Origin: Prorocentrum cordatum | Taxonomy: Eukaryota | Direction: 5' to 3' | Length of the DNA stretch: 64,000 nucleotides | Assembly (NCBI GenBank): GCA_963575745.1 | Contig: CAUYUJ010000161.1 | Location: 1 to 64,000 of the forward strand | Shown here: positions 62,782 through 64,000 of the stretch, piece by piece | How the letters are laid out: the number at the start of each line of letters is the position of its first letter | Position numbering within the stretch: position 1 is the stretch's first letter | The notes under the pieces: generated by a model | Told to the model about the DNA's origin: nothing | Database searches by the model: none | What the model saw: only the letters and a program-made list of their open reading frames with translations | Translations under genes and position numbers: made by a program

Positions 62782-63267
62782 GGATGCACCAGGTGTCGAT
62801 GAGGGGATGGGTCTTCCGAACTTCGACAATGGAAAGCATCTCCAGGCGTGACCGAGTTCTGATTCAGGTTCGTTGTGCAACCGTCTTGCTCCTGCCCGAT
62901 GGCCAGTGTAGGGGTCCCTCGATTGTTTCGGCCAATTTTTCCCAGCGTGGCAGGGCCACATTCACAGTCGGACGGGGCCAGGACGAGGATCAATCTGTTC
63001 CAAAGCGTTCCGGGACGCTCACAGGGCGTTCCAGAACGCTCTGAGAAGGCCGCGGCGCCCGAGGCATCCTCCTGAACCGCTGGATCGCGAAGATTCTCGA
63101 CTTATCCTCGCCCGATGTTAGCCTCGTCCTGGCCTCGACTTACACAGGATCTGGAGCTTAGTGGGCCCCGGAAACGGCAGGGCCGTTTTTTCACCGATTC
63201 CATAAATTATCCTGGCGAAGGACCCAACCATATGCAATTGTGAATACTGCAATTGTGAATATCTTCT

Positions 63268-64000
63268 CGGTGGAGCCCCCTACGGGGCCACGAAACGTAC
63301 GAGGGGTGTGCCGAAATGGGTGTGCGGGACGCATGCGGGCACACCCACTGGGGCCTTCGGTGGAGCTCCCTATGGGGCCACGAAACGTGTGATGGGGTGG
63401 TGTGCCGAAATGGGTGTGCGGGACGCATGCGGGCGCGGGCACTGGGGCCTTCGGCGGAGCTCCCTATGGGGCCACGAAACGTGTGAGGGGTGTGCCGAAA
63501 AGGGTGTGGCTGACGCATGCGGGCGCGGGCACTGGGGCCTTCGGTGGAGCTCCCTATGGGCCACGAAACGGGTGAGGGGTGTGCCGAAAGGGGTGTGGGT
63601 GACGCATGCGGGCGCGGGCACTGGGGCCTTCGGTGGAGCTCCCTATGGAGCCACGAAACGTGTGAGGGGTGGGCCGAAATGGGCGTGGCTGACGCATGCG
63701 GGCGCGGGCACTGGGGCCTTCGGTGGAGCTCCCTATGGAGCCACGGAACGCGTGAGGGGTGTGCCGAAATGGGTGTGGGTGACGCATGCGGGCGCGGGCA
63801 CTGGGGCCTTCGGTGGAGCTCCCTATGGGCCACGAAACGTGTGAGGGGTGTGCCGAAATGGGTGTGGGTGACGCATGCGGGCGCGGGCACTGGGGCCTTC
63901 GGCGGAGCTTCTACTATGGGGCCACGAAACGTGTGAGGGGTGTGCCGAATTGTGTGTGGGTGACGCATGCAGGCGGCAGCACTGGGGCCTTCGGCGGAGC
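63268..64000. repeat. ~90-bp satellite, 8 or more copies, running off the window
   Basis: cggtggagctccctatggggccacgaaacg..gacgcatgcgggcgcgggcactggggcctt at ~63358, 63452, 63542, 63631, 63721, 63811 and 63901. Confidence 0.95.

Overview
GC-rich, repeat-saturated eukaryotic nuclear DNA, almost certainly from a dinoflagellate. The evidence is a perfect 22-nt DinoSL spliced leader at 10376-10397 and GC-AG/GA-AG introns with AG|G junctions; a Prorocentrum-like host is an inference. The window is mostly microsatellites, minisatellites and MITE-like inserts around four coding blocks, all on the + strand. (1) An ~8.7 kb non-LTR retrotransposon at ~12071-20780. ORF1 has a RanBP2-type zinc finger and a coiled coil; ORF2 reads RNase H - APE endonuclease - RT - 2x C2H2 - C5-cytosine methyltransferase. 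ORF1 and ORF2 are in the same frame, separated by a single TGA in a UGA-CGG plus downstream stem-loop readthrough context, and a frameshifted tail ends in an RPA32C-binding-like motif. (2) A duplicated two-gene CMC/EnSpm/Plavaka-like DDE transposon at 22.7-31.4 kb; one copy is fused to a second, divergent transposase family. (3) A co-oriented block at 46.5-59.4 kb containing an unknown gene, a sulfotransferase, a ~1323-aa hAT-like transposase with HMG-like and Cys/His domains (split by a 206-bp insertion), and a multi-exon unknown gene. (4) The C-terminal part of an equilibrative nucleoside transporter-like gene near 62.2-62.8 kb, followed by a ~90-bp satellite. All domain calls were made by eye from motifs; no database searches were run.
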